A DNA stretch of 64,000 nt, from NCBI GenBank assembly GCA_963666835.2, contig CAXXGO010000001.1, positions 1,344,001 through 1,408,000 on the forward strand. The letters are read 5' to 3'. The DNA is from Phycisphaerae bacterium (lineage in GTDB: Bacteria > Planctomycetota > Phycisphaerae > UBA1845). The notes beneath the pieces were generated by a model. That model was not told the origin of the DNA. It saw only the letters and a list, made by a program, of their open reading frames with translations, and searched no databases. Position 1 is the stretch's first letter; every line of letters begins with the position of its first letter. Both the position numbers and the translations under genes were made by a program. This document shows positions 52,732 through 61,873 of the stretch, piece after piece.

Positions 52732-53099
52732 GCCGGGTGGCCCACGTCCTTTTGTCTTTGCCGTGCGATCCGAACTTTCGCGGGATGTTCAATGGCACTC
52801 CCGTTGGACGTGGGGGAGCCGATGATCAACGGTCGACGATTGCGGCAGGTCTCGTACCTCGACCGTGCCCTACGAACTTATTGCACGGGGGCGTAACGCC
52901 CTCGTAAGGCGGCTCGCCGGGTGGCCCACGTCCTTTTGTCTTTGCCGTGCGATCCGAACTTTCGCGGGATGTTCAATGGCACTCCCGTTGGACGTGGGGG
53001 AGCCGATGATCAACGGTCGACGATTGCGGCAGGTCTCGTACCTCGACCGTGCCCTACGAACTTATCGTACGGGGGCGTAACGCTCTCGCGAGGCGGCTC
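52732..53099. repeat. Tandem duplication of a 184-bp unit
   Basis: 52732-52915 and 52916-53099, near identical (about 5 substitutions by eye). Confidence 0.95.
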
Positions 53100-54807
53100 G
53101 GCTTCGATGCTCGGCTTTCCAGTGATGCGGAGGGTGCGTCCCCTCGACGAATCCGGCCGCAAATGCGGCGAAATCCGATAGGTCCACGTCGTCGTCGGAC
53201 GTAGCGTCGAATACGTCCCGGCAGGTCTGCTCCCGGAAGGGCGGCGCCGGTTCGGGGGCGGAGCCGGGGCCGTTTTGACAAGCGACAAACGCCGCGAGAT
53301 CCGAAAGCCCCGCCCGCCCGTTGCGATCATAGTCGCCAGGCTGCGCGGGAATCGCTCGAAAGTCAGCACAGACGATCAGGTGGTCCGATGCCAGCGAATC
53401 CGCCGCCAGGAGCCCGTGGGCGGTCAGGTGTTCGGGGGACATCTGGGGGGTGTAGAGCACGAAGCCGTGGGTCGCCTCGATGGCGGTGTCTGTAAACGAA
53501 AAATAATCGAGATGGCCGGGCCAGTAGGTGCTGGAGTCGGACCGCCAGGTGTAGCCCATCTCCAGCTCCGTCTGTCTGAGCAGTAGATTGGCCAGCGAGG
53601 AGCCGTCCCAGTCCGGGGCGAAGTCCGGTCCGAAGGTCGATTCGTCGTCAATGTCGCCGCCGGTCAGCGTGACAAGCTGCCGGGCCGGGCCGACCAGGTT
53701 CAGGTCTCCGGTGATGACGATCGGCGTGCCGGGTTCCAGCTCGATTGCTCCGCCGGGGAGGCGGGCTTCCCGGATGAACGCTGCGATCCGGTCCAGCTCC
53801 GCCTGCCGAGCAGCGTGGGAGCTGCAGCAAGGCAGATGGGCGTTGATGACCAGGAGCCGGCGGCTCAGGGCGGGAATCGTGTCCATCAACAGGGCCAAGT
53901 TGCCGTCCAGCGACCACTGTTCGACGATCGGATATCGGCTGGCGGTCTTGCAGTCGTGGTTCCCGGCCGTGAACCACTCGTCCGGCGAGCTAAGCGGGAA
54001 CAAGTACTCAACAAGCAGTTCCACCTCTTCCGTTGAATGATCGTATACCTCCTGGAAGTTGATGATGTCCGGGTCGACCGCCCGCAAGGCGCGCGCGAAC
54101 GAGTCGGTGAGTGACGGATCCCACGGCGCGTCGCGGTGTACGTTGTATGTGATGATCCGCAGGTCGTCGGGGCTTATCCGGGTTAGCGGGATTGCTTCTG
54201 GCGATGGGGGAGCGACCGTATCCAGGACGTGGGTGACGCTCGTTCCGGCGTCCGGCAGCCGGTCCCCGCTTTCCCCATCGGCAAGGGCGACGCGCACGAC
54301 CGGTCCCGGGATTAGCGGGTCGAGACCATCAGGGAGGACGTCGCGCCCAACGGCAACTTCATAGGCCGCGGCCGCGTACGACGGAGCCGCCCGAAAGCGG
54401 ATATCGGCGTGTTGGACGGTCGTGGCTCCTCCTTCGACATGGAGCTTGCCGAAGCGGCTGCCGAAGCGCCATTCGAGTTCTGCTCCCAGGTCATTCACGG
54501 GCATCCCCGTTTCGGAGCAAGCGTCCGTGTCAACGTAGAGGCGAAGGTCGTTGCCGTCGCTGAGGTCCACTTCCGCGCCCAGTTCGAATCGAAGAAACAG
54601 GAAACGCTCGTTATCGGCGAGCCACAGTCTGCCGAAATCGACTGCTGCGGAACTGCTATCGCCGACAGGGTCTTCCCAGGCGGCAGCAACCCCAGCCCAA
54701 TCGGCGAAACTCCCGTCAATGCAGATGGGCGATGCGGTTGCACGGCCCGCTGACGCGGTCAGCAAGACCAGCGCGACGGCGCCGCTGTTGATCGAGCGAA
54801 CTGACAT
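53062..54807 (-). CDS. Secreted endonuclease/exonuclease/phosphatase-family protein with dockerin-like tail
   Basis: IITYNV, PDIINFQEV, TGDLN, LDY, SDH; DDDVDLSDF. Confidence 0.9.
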   Translation of the reverse strand: MSVRSINSGAVALVLLTASAGRATASPICIDGSFADWAGVAAAWEDPVGDSSSAAVDFGRLWLADNERFLFLRFELGAEVDLSDGNDLRLYVDTDACSETGMPVNDLGAELEWRFGSRFGKLHVEGGATTVQHADIRFRAAPSYAAAAYEVAVGRDVLPDGLDPLIPGPVVRVALADGESGDRLPDAGTSVTHVLDTVAPPSPEAIPLTRISPDDLRIITYNVHRDAPWDPSLTDSFARALRAVDPDIINFQEVYDHSTEEVELLVEYLFPLSSPDEWFTAGNHDCKTASRYPIVEQWSLDGNLALLMDTIPALSRRLLVINAHLPCCSSHAARQAELDRIAAFIREARLPGGAIELEPGTPIVITGDLNLVGPARQLVTLTGGDIDDESTFGPDFAPDWDGSSLANLLLRQTELEMGYTWRSDSSTYWPGHLDYFSFTDTAIEATHGFVLYTPQMSPEHLTAHGLLAADSLASDHLIVCADFRAIPAQPGDYDRNGRAGLSDLAAFVACQNGPGSAPEPAPPFREQTCRDVFDATSDDDVDLSDFAAFAAGFVEGTHPPHHWKAEHRSRAASRERYAPVR

Positions 54808-54920
54808 GATCGAATCTCGTGCTTCGACGTCCGATCGTGTGAATCAGCGAGGTTCCCCTCCCGGAGGAGCTATTCCAACTCGCGAAGGCTGCTTGTATCG
54901 CATGACACGTTGCAGCGCGA

Positions 54921-56039
54921 TCAGATATTCTCGCCGGAGAAGAAAGCGGCACCCATGCGGTCGGCCATCGGCTGATTCGAGAAGATCAACGGCAGCAGGA
55001 ACTGGCTGTCGGTGTTCGGAGCCCTCAGGTAGTCGGCCATTTCCATCCGCCACTGGGAATCGAACGCCATAAGCTCATCCTGCGAGTGCTTGCTGTCCAG
55101 CGCCGTGTCGATAACGTCCGCCGCAATCCGAGCTGACCACATCGCCGGATAGACTCCTTCGTTGCTAACCGCGGCCACGAACCCGCCGGCGTCTCCGATG
55201 ACCAGCGAGTGCTTGCCAACATGCGTATCCATATCCAGAGCGATCGATGCCGGGCTGAGGGTGACCGGAGCTTCCCGGGCTTCTCGGGTCAGATCAACCG
55301 GGATGACGGAATGGTCCCGAGCCCCCGCGCACATCTTGACGAAGGCCGCGGTGGCGTCTGACGCTTCTCCGATCCAATTCACGGTTGCGCACAGCCGATC
55401 GTCGGCAACTGCAAACAGCCCGAAACTACCGCCTTTGTCCAACCCGAACACCAGGTCCATCTGCGGCGAAGCGGTATTCCCTCCCGGCCCGATCGGTACG
55501 TCAATCTGGGCAGTCCACATCGCCGAAGCCCCGCCTTCGCGGGTGAATCCCGCGCGGTCGAAGAGGCCTGCGTCGCGACCGGAGGCGAGTATCAACAGCC
55601 GGCTCTCGACCGGCTCGGCGCCGTTGAACTGGAGAACGACTCGGTCTTCCCGGAGGCCGACATCGTCCACCTTTGCTCCATCGATGAACGTCACCTCGTG
55701 AGCGACGGCGGACTGTTGCAGGGCATTGCCCAGGGCCGTTCGATTGACGAGGTAACCTGCGGCCTCGTCGAACTTGGGGGTGGCGGACTTGGTGAAATCG
55801 GCGTTGTGTAGCGTAAGATCACGAAACGGGTGGGCGAGCAAGTCCGCCGTCGGCACACCGAGATCGGCCAGCATCGGACCGATTCGGCGGTTTACCCAAC
55901 CCAAGGAAGGCGCCCGACGCGGGAATGTCGCGCCGTCGATGAGCACCACCTTCCGTTGTTTCCGGGCCAGAATATTGGCTGCGGTTGCCCCGGCCGGACC
56001 GGCTCCAACGACAGCTACATCAAACACTTCGCCAGCCAT
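54921..56039 (-). CDS. FAD-dependent oxidoreductase (geranylgeranyl reductase-like)
   Basis: DVAVVGAGPAG, IGDAGG...EGVYPAM. Confidence 0.88.
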   Translation of the reverse strand: MAGEVFDVAVVGAGPAGATAANILARKQRKVVLIDGATFPRRAPSLGWVNRRIGPMLADLGVPTADLLAHPFRDLTLHNADFTKSATPKFDEAAGYLVNRTALGNALQQSAVAHEVTFIDGAKVDDVGLREDRVVLQFNGAEPVESRLLILASGRDAGLFDRAGFTREGGASAMWTAQIDVPIGPGGNTASPQMDLVFGLDKGGSFGLFAVADDRLCATVNWIGEASDATAAFVKMCAGARDHSVIPVDLTREAREAPVTLSPASIALDMDTHVGKHSLVIGDAGGFVAAVSNEGVYPAMWSARIAADVIDTALDSKHSQDELMAFDSQWRMEMADYLRAPNTDSQFLLPLIFSNQPMADRMGAAFFSGENI

Positions 56040-56285
56040 ATACCTGCACCCCTTGCCGCGACGTATGTTCACAGCCCGCGACACGCTCGCGAGCGGCTGA
56101 ACATTACACGGGAACCGCGACTCTCCGCAAGTCCGGGACTTGCGGGAATCTCATTGTGTTCGGCCGGTTTGAAGTGAGGACCGCGTTCGGATAGAACCTC
56201 AGAATCCGTTGGTAAGCAGAACTGCGCGGGGAGTATTGCCGCGACGTACCGGGGAACATTGGGAATCAAGGGAGCAACCCAAACC

Positions 56286-57401
56286 GTGGCGGCCGTGGAG
56301 ATTGACAACGTAAGTAAGAGATACGTTGGAAACAAGAAAGAGGTGCGCGCGGTTGAGGGTGTTGATCTCGCTATCGCCGAGCAGGAGCTGGTTACCCTGG
56401 TCGGGCCGTCCGGTTGTGGCAAGACGACGCTGCTCAGGTTAATAGCCGGCCTGGAAGAGCCCGACAGAGGGCATATTCGGATCGGAGGGCACGATGTTAC
56501 GAGATTGCCGCCCAAGAACCGCGATATCGCCATGGTCTTCCAGAATCATGCGCTTTACCCCCACATGACGGTCTTTCAGAACATGGCTTTCGGCCTGAAA
56601 GCGCGGCGAATCCCGCGAGCGGAGATCAAGCGAGGTGTCGCCGCCGCCGCTACTACGCTTGGCATAGAAGGCCTGTTGGACCGTAAACCTGCGGAACTAT
56701 CCGGCGGTGAACGCCAACGCGTGGCCGTCGGTCGGGCAATAGTCCGCTTGCCCCGGGCGTTTTTGCTTGACGAGCCGCTCTGCAATCTCGATGCGAAGCT
56801 TCGCGAGCGGATGAGAGCGGAGATCAAGAGCCTTCAGCGCGAACTGGCTACTGCGATGCTCTACGTTACGCACGACCAGGAGGAGGCCATGGCGCTTGGT
56901 GACCGGGTCGTGGTCATGCGGAAGGGCGAGATCCAGCAGTGCGGAGCACCTTTGGACGTGTACCGCCGGCCCGCCAACCGCTTCGTGGCCGGCTTTGTTG
57001 GCGCGCCGTCGATGAACTTTCTGGAGGGTCGGCTGGCGGGTGGACGAGGCGTCGCGCGCTTCAGATGTGGTTTGGGCGACTGGGAGCTTCCACCGGAGGT
57101 AGGCGCATCTCTTGGCGACTGGCAGGATGAGCCTGCGGTTCTGGGGATTCGACCGGAGCACGTTCACCTGAGCGAGAGCCGGGAGAGTGGCAGTTCGCCG
57201 ACCGCCCGTATGGAGGTCCGCGTGGTGGAGCACGTGGGGGACTCCACGTTGGTTCACCTGCGCACCTCTTCGGAGATAGCGATAATCGCCCGAGTCCCGG
57301 GAGTTTCCGATATCAGAGTCGGAGAGTGCGCGGAAATCTCTCCGAGGCTCGCAGACGCCCACTTCTTTGAGGTGGGAACGGCCGGATGTCGGCTATACTG
57401 A
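56286..57401 (+). CDS. Sugar ABC transporter ATP-binding protein (MalK/UgpC-like)
   Basis: GPSGCGKTT, LSGGERQR, LLDEP, VTHDQEEA, TOBE tail; start uncertain. Confidence 0.95.
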   Translation: MAAVEIDNVSKRYVGNKKEVRAVEGVDLAIAEQELVTLVGPSGCGKTTLLRLIAGLEEPDRGHIRIGGHDVTRLPPKNRDIAMVFQNHALYPHMTVFQNMAFGLKARRIPRAEIKRGVAAAATTLGIEGLLDRKPAELSGGERQRVAVGRAIVRLPRAFLLDEPLCNLDAKLRERMRAEIKSLQRELATAMLYVTHDQEEAMALGDRVVVMRKGEIQQCGAPLDVYRRPANRFVAGFVGAPSMNFLEGRLAGGRGVARFRCGLGDWELPPEVGASLGDWQDEPAVLGIRPEHVHLSESRESGSSPTARMEVRVVEHVGDSTLVHLRTSSEIAIIARVPGVSDIRVGECAEISPRLADAHFFEVGTAGCRLY

Positions 57402-57591
57402 CTTATCAGCTCCACGGTCCTATATTACGTGCCGGTCTGTGGGGTCCGAAGAATGCTTGGCTGGTCCGCCGGGTGTTCTGCGATATCTCTTGCTTTATCC
57501 ATGGAGAGGTGTCATACTATCAATTGTAGTGAAACTGCAATCGGGCACTGTTGGTTCGGTTGCACGACATTTCAATTCGGAGACATCGAAT

Positions 57592-59292
57592 ATGCAGCGG
57601 AACAGCTTCTACTTCAGGCGGTGGCTGATCTTGGGCGTCGGCGTGTCTTGTCTCGTTGGTTTATCAACCGGTTGTCCGTTCGCGTCGCCCGATCCTTCGA
57701 CGCAGGATGACGAGGATCCGGCACAGCAGCCGGTGCCGACGGAGGAGTTTGAGTTGACGGTCCGCGCGCTGGGTAACGGCGATGTGGAGCGGACGGCGGA
57801 AGGGCAGTTGGTGACCCTCACCGCGGTTCCGGAAACGGGGTGGGTGTTCGACAAGTGGCTGGGAGCGACCGAATCGACCGTTAATCCGCTGGTTTTGTTG
57901 TTGGACGAGTCTATGTCGGTGGATGCGCGCTTCGTGCTGGCCGAGATCGTCGATTCTGATGGTGACGGAGTACCTGATGCCGAGGACGTCTGCCCGGGGG
58001 AAGACGACGGGATCGATACCGATCAAGACGGGGTGCCCAATGGCTGCGACACCTGCCCGCGCGATCCTGACAACGACAAGGACGGCGATCGGATATGCGG
58101 GGATGTGGACAATTGTCCGAACGTCGCAGACGACGTGCAGGCGGACAGCGACGATGACGGAATCGGCGATGTCTGTGACGCTTGCGTGCATGATCCGCTG
58201 AACGACATCGACGAGGACGGTGTCTGCGGTAACGTTGACAACTGCCCCGAAGTTGCCAATGCCAGACAGCGAGATTCGGATGGCGACGGCGTAGGTAACG
58301 CCTGCGATGTGTGCCCGGCCGATGCCGAGGATGACGCTGACGACGACGGGGTCTGCGCCAATGTCGATAACTGCCCCGAGATAGCCAATGCTGATCAGGC
58401 TGACAAAGACCGTGACGGAGTGGGTGACGTTTGTGACGTGTGTCCCGAAGATCCGGCTAACGATGCGGATGGCGACGGGTTCTGCGCCGACGTGGACCAG
58501 TGCCAAGGGACCGCCGCAGGTGACGTAGTCGATGCCAACGGGTGCAGTCCCGCGCAGCTCGATACGGATGAGGACGGTTACAGCGATCACATTGACAAAT
58601 GTCCGGGTACGCCGCGATCGGAGGTCGTAGATGCTCAAGGCTGCAGTGCGAGCCAGCGCGATACCGACGGCGACGGGGTGATGGACGATGCGGATGTCTG
58701 TCATGGGTTTGACGATGCCGCGGATGCCGACTCGGATACGGTTCCCGACGGCTGCGATAACTGCCCGCAGACGCCCAACGATGCTCAGTACGACGGCGAT
58801 ACCGATACCGTCGGCGACGCGTGTGATCTGTGCCCCGACACTGCCGCAGGAGAGACGGTGGACGACGACGGCTGTTCCGCGTCTCAGCGCGATTCGGATG
58901 ATGATGGTGTTACCGATGATCTGGACCAGTGTGCCGATACTCCCTCAGGAGAAGCGGTGGACGCCGACGGCTGTTCCGCGTCACAACGAGATTCTGATAA
59001 TGACGGGGTGACCGACGATCTGGATCAGTGCCCCGATACCCCGGCAGGAGAATCAGTCGACGTCAACGGTTGCTCGGCGTCCCAGCGCGATTCGGATGAT
59101 GACGGTGTTACCGATGATCTGGATCTGTGTGCCGACACTCCCGTAGGAGAGACGGTGGACGCCGACGGTTGTTCCGCCTCTCAGCGCGATTCTGATAACG
59201 ACGGTGTGACGGACGATCTGGATCTCTGTGCCGACACCCCCGCGGGGGAGGCGGTGGACGCCGACGGCTGCTCGGCCGGCCAGCTTGACTAG
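57592..59292 (+). CDS. Lipoprotein with thrombospondin type-3 (Ca-binding) repeats
   Basis: LSTGC lipobox, InlB-B-like repeat, many DxDxDGVxDxxDxCP repeats. Confidence 0.9.
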   Translation: MQRNSFYFRRWLILGVGVSCLVGLSTGCPFASPDPSTQDDEDPAQQPVPTEEFELTVRALGNGDVERTAEGQLVTLTAVPETGWVFDKWLGATESTVNPLVLLLDESMSVDARFVLAEIVDSDGDGVPDAEDVCPGEDDGIDTDQDGVPNGCDTCPRDPDNDKDGDRICGDVDNCPNVADDVQADSDDDGIGDVCDACVHDPLNDIDEDGVCGNVDNCPEVANARQRDSDGDGVGNACDVCPADAEDDADDDGVCANVDNCPEIANADQADKDRDGVGDVCDVCPEDPANDADGDGFCADVDQCQGTAAGDVVDANGCSPAQLDTDEDGYSDHIDKCPGTPRSEVVDAQGCSASQRDTDGDGVMDDADVCHGFDDAADADSDTVPDGCDNCPQTPNDAQYDGDTDTVGDACDLCPDTAAGETVDDDGCSASQRDSDDDGVTDDLDQCADTPSGEAVDADGCSASQRDSDNDGVTDDLDQCPDTPAGESVDVNGCSASQRDSDDDGVTDDLDLCADTPVGETVDADGCSASQRDSDNDGVTDDLDLCADTPAGEAVDADGCSAGQLD

Positions 59293-59299
59293 GTTCGGC

Positions 59300-59396
59300 G
59301 TCGGGCCGAGCCCAACCTACCGTGCTAGTAGGTCGGGCTTTGCCCGACGCTGGAGTTTGGCGTTTCTAGCGAAGTAGGTCGGGCTCGGCCCGACGC
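59300..59396. repeat. REP cluster upstream of RAYT
   Basis: GTCGGGCCGAGCCCAACCTAC (rev), GTAGGTCGGGCTTTGCCCGAC, GTAGGTCGGGCTCGGCCCGAC. Confidence 0.9.
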
Positions 59397-59439
59397 CTCC
59401 CGGAGTTGCTTGCCTCTACCGGCGGGGGGCGCTTCTTAT

Positions 59440-59988
59440 ATGCCGAATTACGTTCGATGGCGTGAGGACGGTGCGTCCTACTTCTTCACGGTTGTGACCT
59501 ACCGGCGCCGAAGGCTATTCGACCATGCGGACGCACGCGGGCTTCTGCGGCGGGCACTTGTCACCGTCTGCCGTCAATGGCCCTTCGACATGTTCGCGTG
59601 TGTTCTTCTGCCCGACCACTTGCACTGCATCTGGACCTTGCCTGAGGGCGACGACGGTTTTCCCATCCGATGGGCCAATATCAAACGGTTATTCACGAAG
59701 ACCTACCTTGCGAGCGGCGGTCGTTCGTTGCCGGTATCATCGAGCCGGGCGGCGCACCGCGAATCGGGGATCTGGCAGGCTCGCTATTGGGAGCACCGCA
59801 TTCGCGATGAGACCGACTGGCTTCGTCACCGCGATTACATCCACCTTAACCCGGTCAAGCACCGACTCGTGGGGGAACCGGGTGATTGGCCATGGTCGAG
59901 CTTCCATAGGCACGTTCAACTCGGCTGGCTCGACCCGAATTGGCCGGGCGCCTCCCCGGTAGACGTTCCACAAGTTGCTGGCGAGTGA
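59440..59988 (+). mobile_element. REP-associated tyrosine transposase (RAYT / TnpA-REP, HUH Y1)
   Basis: YFFTVVT, LPDHLHCIW (HUH), WQARYWEHRIRDE, YIHLNPVKH, WPWSSF; flanked by inverted GTAG REPs. Confidence 0.95.
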
Positions 59989-59996
59989 CGAATCCG

Positions 59997-60050
59997 GTCG
60001 GGAAGAGCCCGACCTACCGGGCTTCTTCACGGTGGTGACCTACCGGCTGA
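59997..60050. repeat. REP followed by a ~27-bp copy of RAYT coding sequence
   Basis: GTCGGGAAGAGCCCGACCTAC then CTTCTTCACGGTGGTGACCTACCGGC (compare 59481-59506). Confidence 0.85.
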
Positions 60051-60260
60051 TTATGAGTCCCAGATGCGCTGGCGGGCTGAGGTCGACGCGATGGACTGGC
60101 TCGACAAGGTCGATGCACGCGTCGGATTCAGTAGTACTTGGCGGGGGGGGTGCGTTTCTGGCATGCGTTCGGTATCATGACACCCTACTCGCCGTATGGT
60201 CTCGGTGGGGTGATGTCGTCTTACCGGTCGCGGGAACCTGGGGTTTCAGGGGACAACTCA

Positions 60261-61343
60261 ATGTCACGAATCGGATTCGTTCTAGCGTCGGTCTTGGCGG
60301 TGGTCTGCGTGTCGACGGGGCAGGCTGAAGTGGTCATCGACGTGGTGACGGTGGAGAATCCAGGTAACGTGGCGGACACGCGTTACGAAGACTGTGGCTG
60401 GGGCGGCGTGAACTACGTGTACAACATCGGCAAGTTCGAGATAACCGCTGGGCAGTACTGCGAGTTCCTCAACGCCGTGGCCGCTGATGACCCCTTCGGA
60501 CTGTACAGTGAGTCAATGGCTGATCCGTCGACAAGATACGTTTGGGGCTGCAATATCCAACGCAGCGGGTCGCCGGGCGGCTATAGCTACACTATCGCTC
60601 CCGACTGGGCCGACCGCCCGGTGAACCACGTCGACTGGGGCGATGCAGCGCGGTTCTGCAACTGGCTGCACAACGGCCAGCCGACTGGCGCTCAGGATCT
60701 GAGCACGACGGAGGATGGGTCGTACTTCCTGAATGGGGCGATGACTGATGGCGAACTCACTGCGGTAGTGCGAGGGGACGATGCCACGTGGGTGATTCCA
60801 ACGAAAGACGAATGGTACAAGGCGGCGTTTCACAAGAACGATGGCGTGACGGGGAACTATTGGCAGCAGCCAACAAGGTCGGACATGATTCCGACGTCGG
60901 AGGCTCCGCCCGGAACGGACATGACAAACGGATCAGCGAACCACGTTGGCGAGAGTTATGCGATAGGCAGCCCGTACTACCGGACCGAGGTTGGTGCGTA
61001 CGACGCCAAGCCCTCGGATAGCCCCTACGGCACTTTCGACCAGGGCGGCAACGTGTCTGAGTGGAATGAGTCCGCATGGCCTAAGTACTCCGAACGTGGC
61101 TGCCGAGGCGGGAGTTTCGGCGCCAGCATTATGTGGTACACCCACGCGATGGCTGACTTCTATCAGGATGCGTCGCGTGAGCACGGTGGCATCGGGTTCC
61201 GCGTCGCCGAAGTTCCCGAACGCAAAAGCGACCACGACTGGGACGATGACGTGGACCTGGATGACTTCGCTCTGTTCGTGGCCGGGTTCAGCGACTTGCG
61301 TGATTACGCCATCTTCCAGACGGCCTACACTGGGGCGGAGTGA
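60261..61343 (+). CDS. Secreted FGE-sulfatase/SUMF1 protein with dockerin-like tail (close paralog of 18143-19258)
   Basis: Same motifs, e.g. DEWYKAAFHKNDGVTGNYW; DDDVDLDDF tail. Confidence 0.92.
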   Translation: MSRIGFVLASVLAVVCVSTGQAEVVIDVVTVENPGNVADTRYEDCGWGGVNYVYNIGKFEITAGQYCEFLNAVAADDPFGLYSESMADPSTRYVWGCNIQRSGSPGGYSYTIAPDWADRPVNHVDWGDAARFCNWLHNGQPTGAQDLSTTEDGSYFLNGAMTDGELTAVVRGDDATWVIPTKDEWYKAAFHKNDGVTGNYWQQPTRSDMIPTSEAPPGTDMTNGSANHVGESYAIGSPYYRTEVGAYDAKPSDSPYGTFDQGGNVSEWNESAWPKYSERGCRGGSFGASIMWYTHAMADFYQDASREHGGIGFRVAEVPERKSDHDWDDDVDLDDFALFVAGFSDLRDYAIFQTAYTGAE

Positions 61344-61383
61344 CGGCCGGGGCGACTCGTGTTTCACCCGCGCTCAACGAAGG

Positions 61384-61498
61384 GTCGGGCTTCGCCCGAC
61401 GCCTCCCGCAGTTGCCTGCCTCTACCGGTGGAGTACGCTTTCTGTATGCCGAATTATGTTTGACAGCGTGAGGACAGCGCGTCCTACTTCTTCACGGT
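61384..61498 (+). pseudogene. Decayed duplicate of REP + RAYT leader and first ~17 codons
   Basis: Aligns with ~59378-59492; ATGCCGAATTATGTTTGA has a premature stop. Confidence 0.85.
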
Positions 61499-61505
61499 AG
61501 TCTGA

Positions 61506-61770
61506 CGTGGGGCCGAGCCCGATCTACCGGGCTGCGCATCCGAGGTTTCCGTCGGGCTGAGCCCGACCTACCGCGCTGGGGCCGTTCAGACCATCGTGCG
61601 ATCCGTAAGATCGTCCCCCGGCCCTTCGGGACGGGACCACGTGGGGAGCGAATCTCACCCACGGGTTCCGCTTCGTTCCACCCGTGGCTACTTGCCCAAA
61701 GTCCCTTCGGGACGGGTTACCGCACGACTGCCTAACAAGGTTAGTACCATTGGGCGGAGCCCGTCCTACT
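61506..61770 (-). repeat. REP cluster and ~195-bp palindromic element, copy 2
   Basis: Reverse REPs at 61506, 61551 and 61750; 61575-61770 is an inverted homolog of 14810-15003. Confidence 0.85.
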
Positions 61771-61873
61771 GTGCTGGGGTCGCGATGACATACGCGATCC
61801 CGTTTGATTCCAGGCTCGACGCGGCTGGAGTATCCGGGGTTTGATGAGTGGCTACGATGACGCGGGTGCCTCA

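Noticed and set aside
52732..53099. CRISPR array or small protein genes in the 184-bp duplication
   Set aside because: No unique spacers; the ORFs are repeat read-throughs without coding hallmarks
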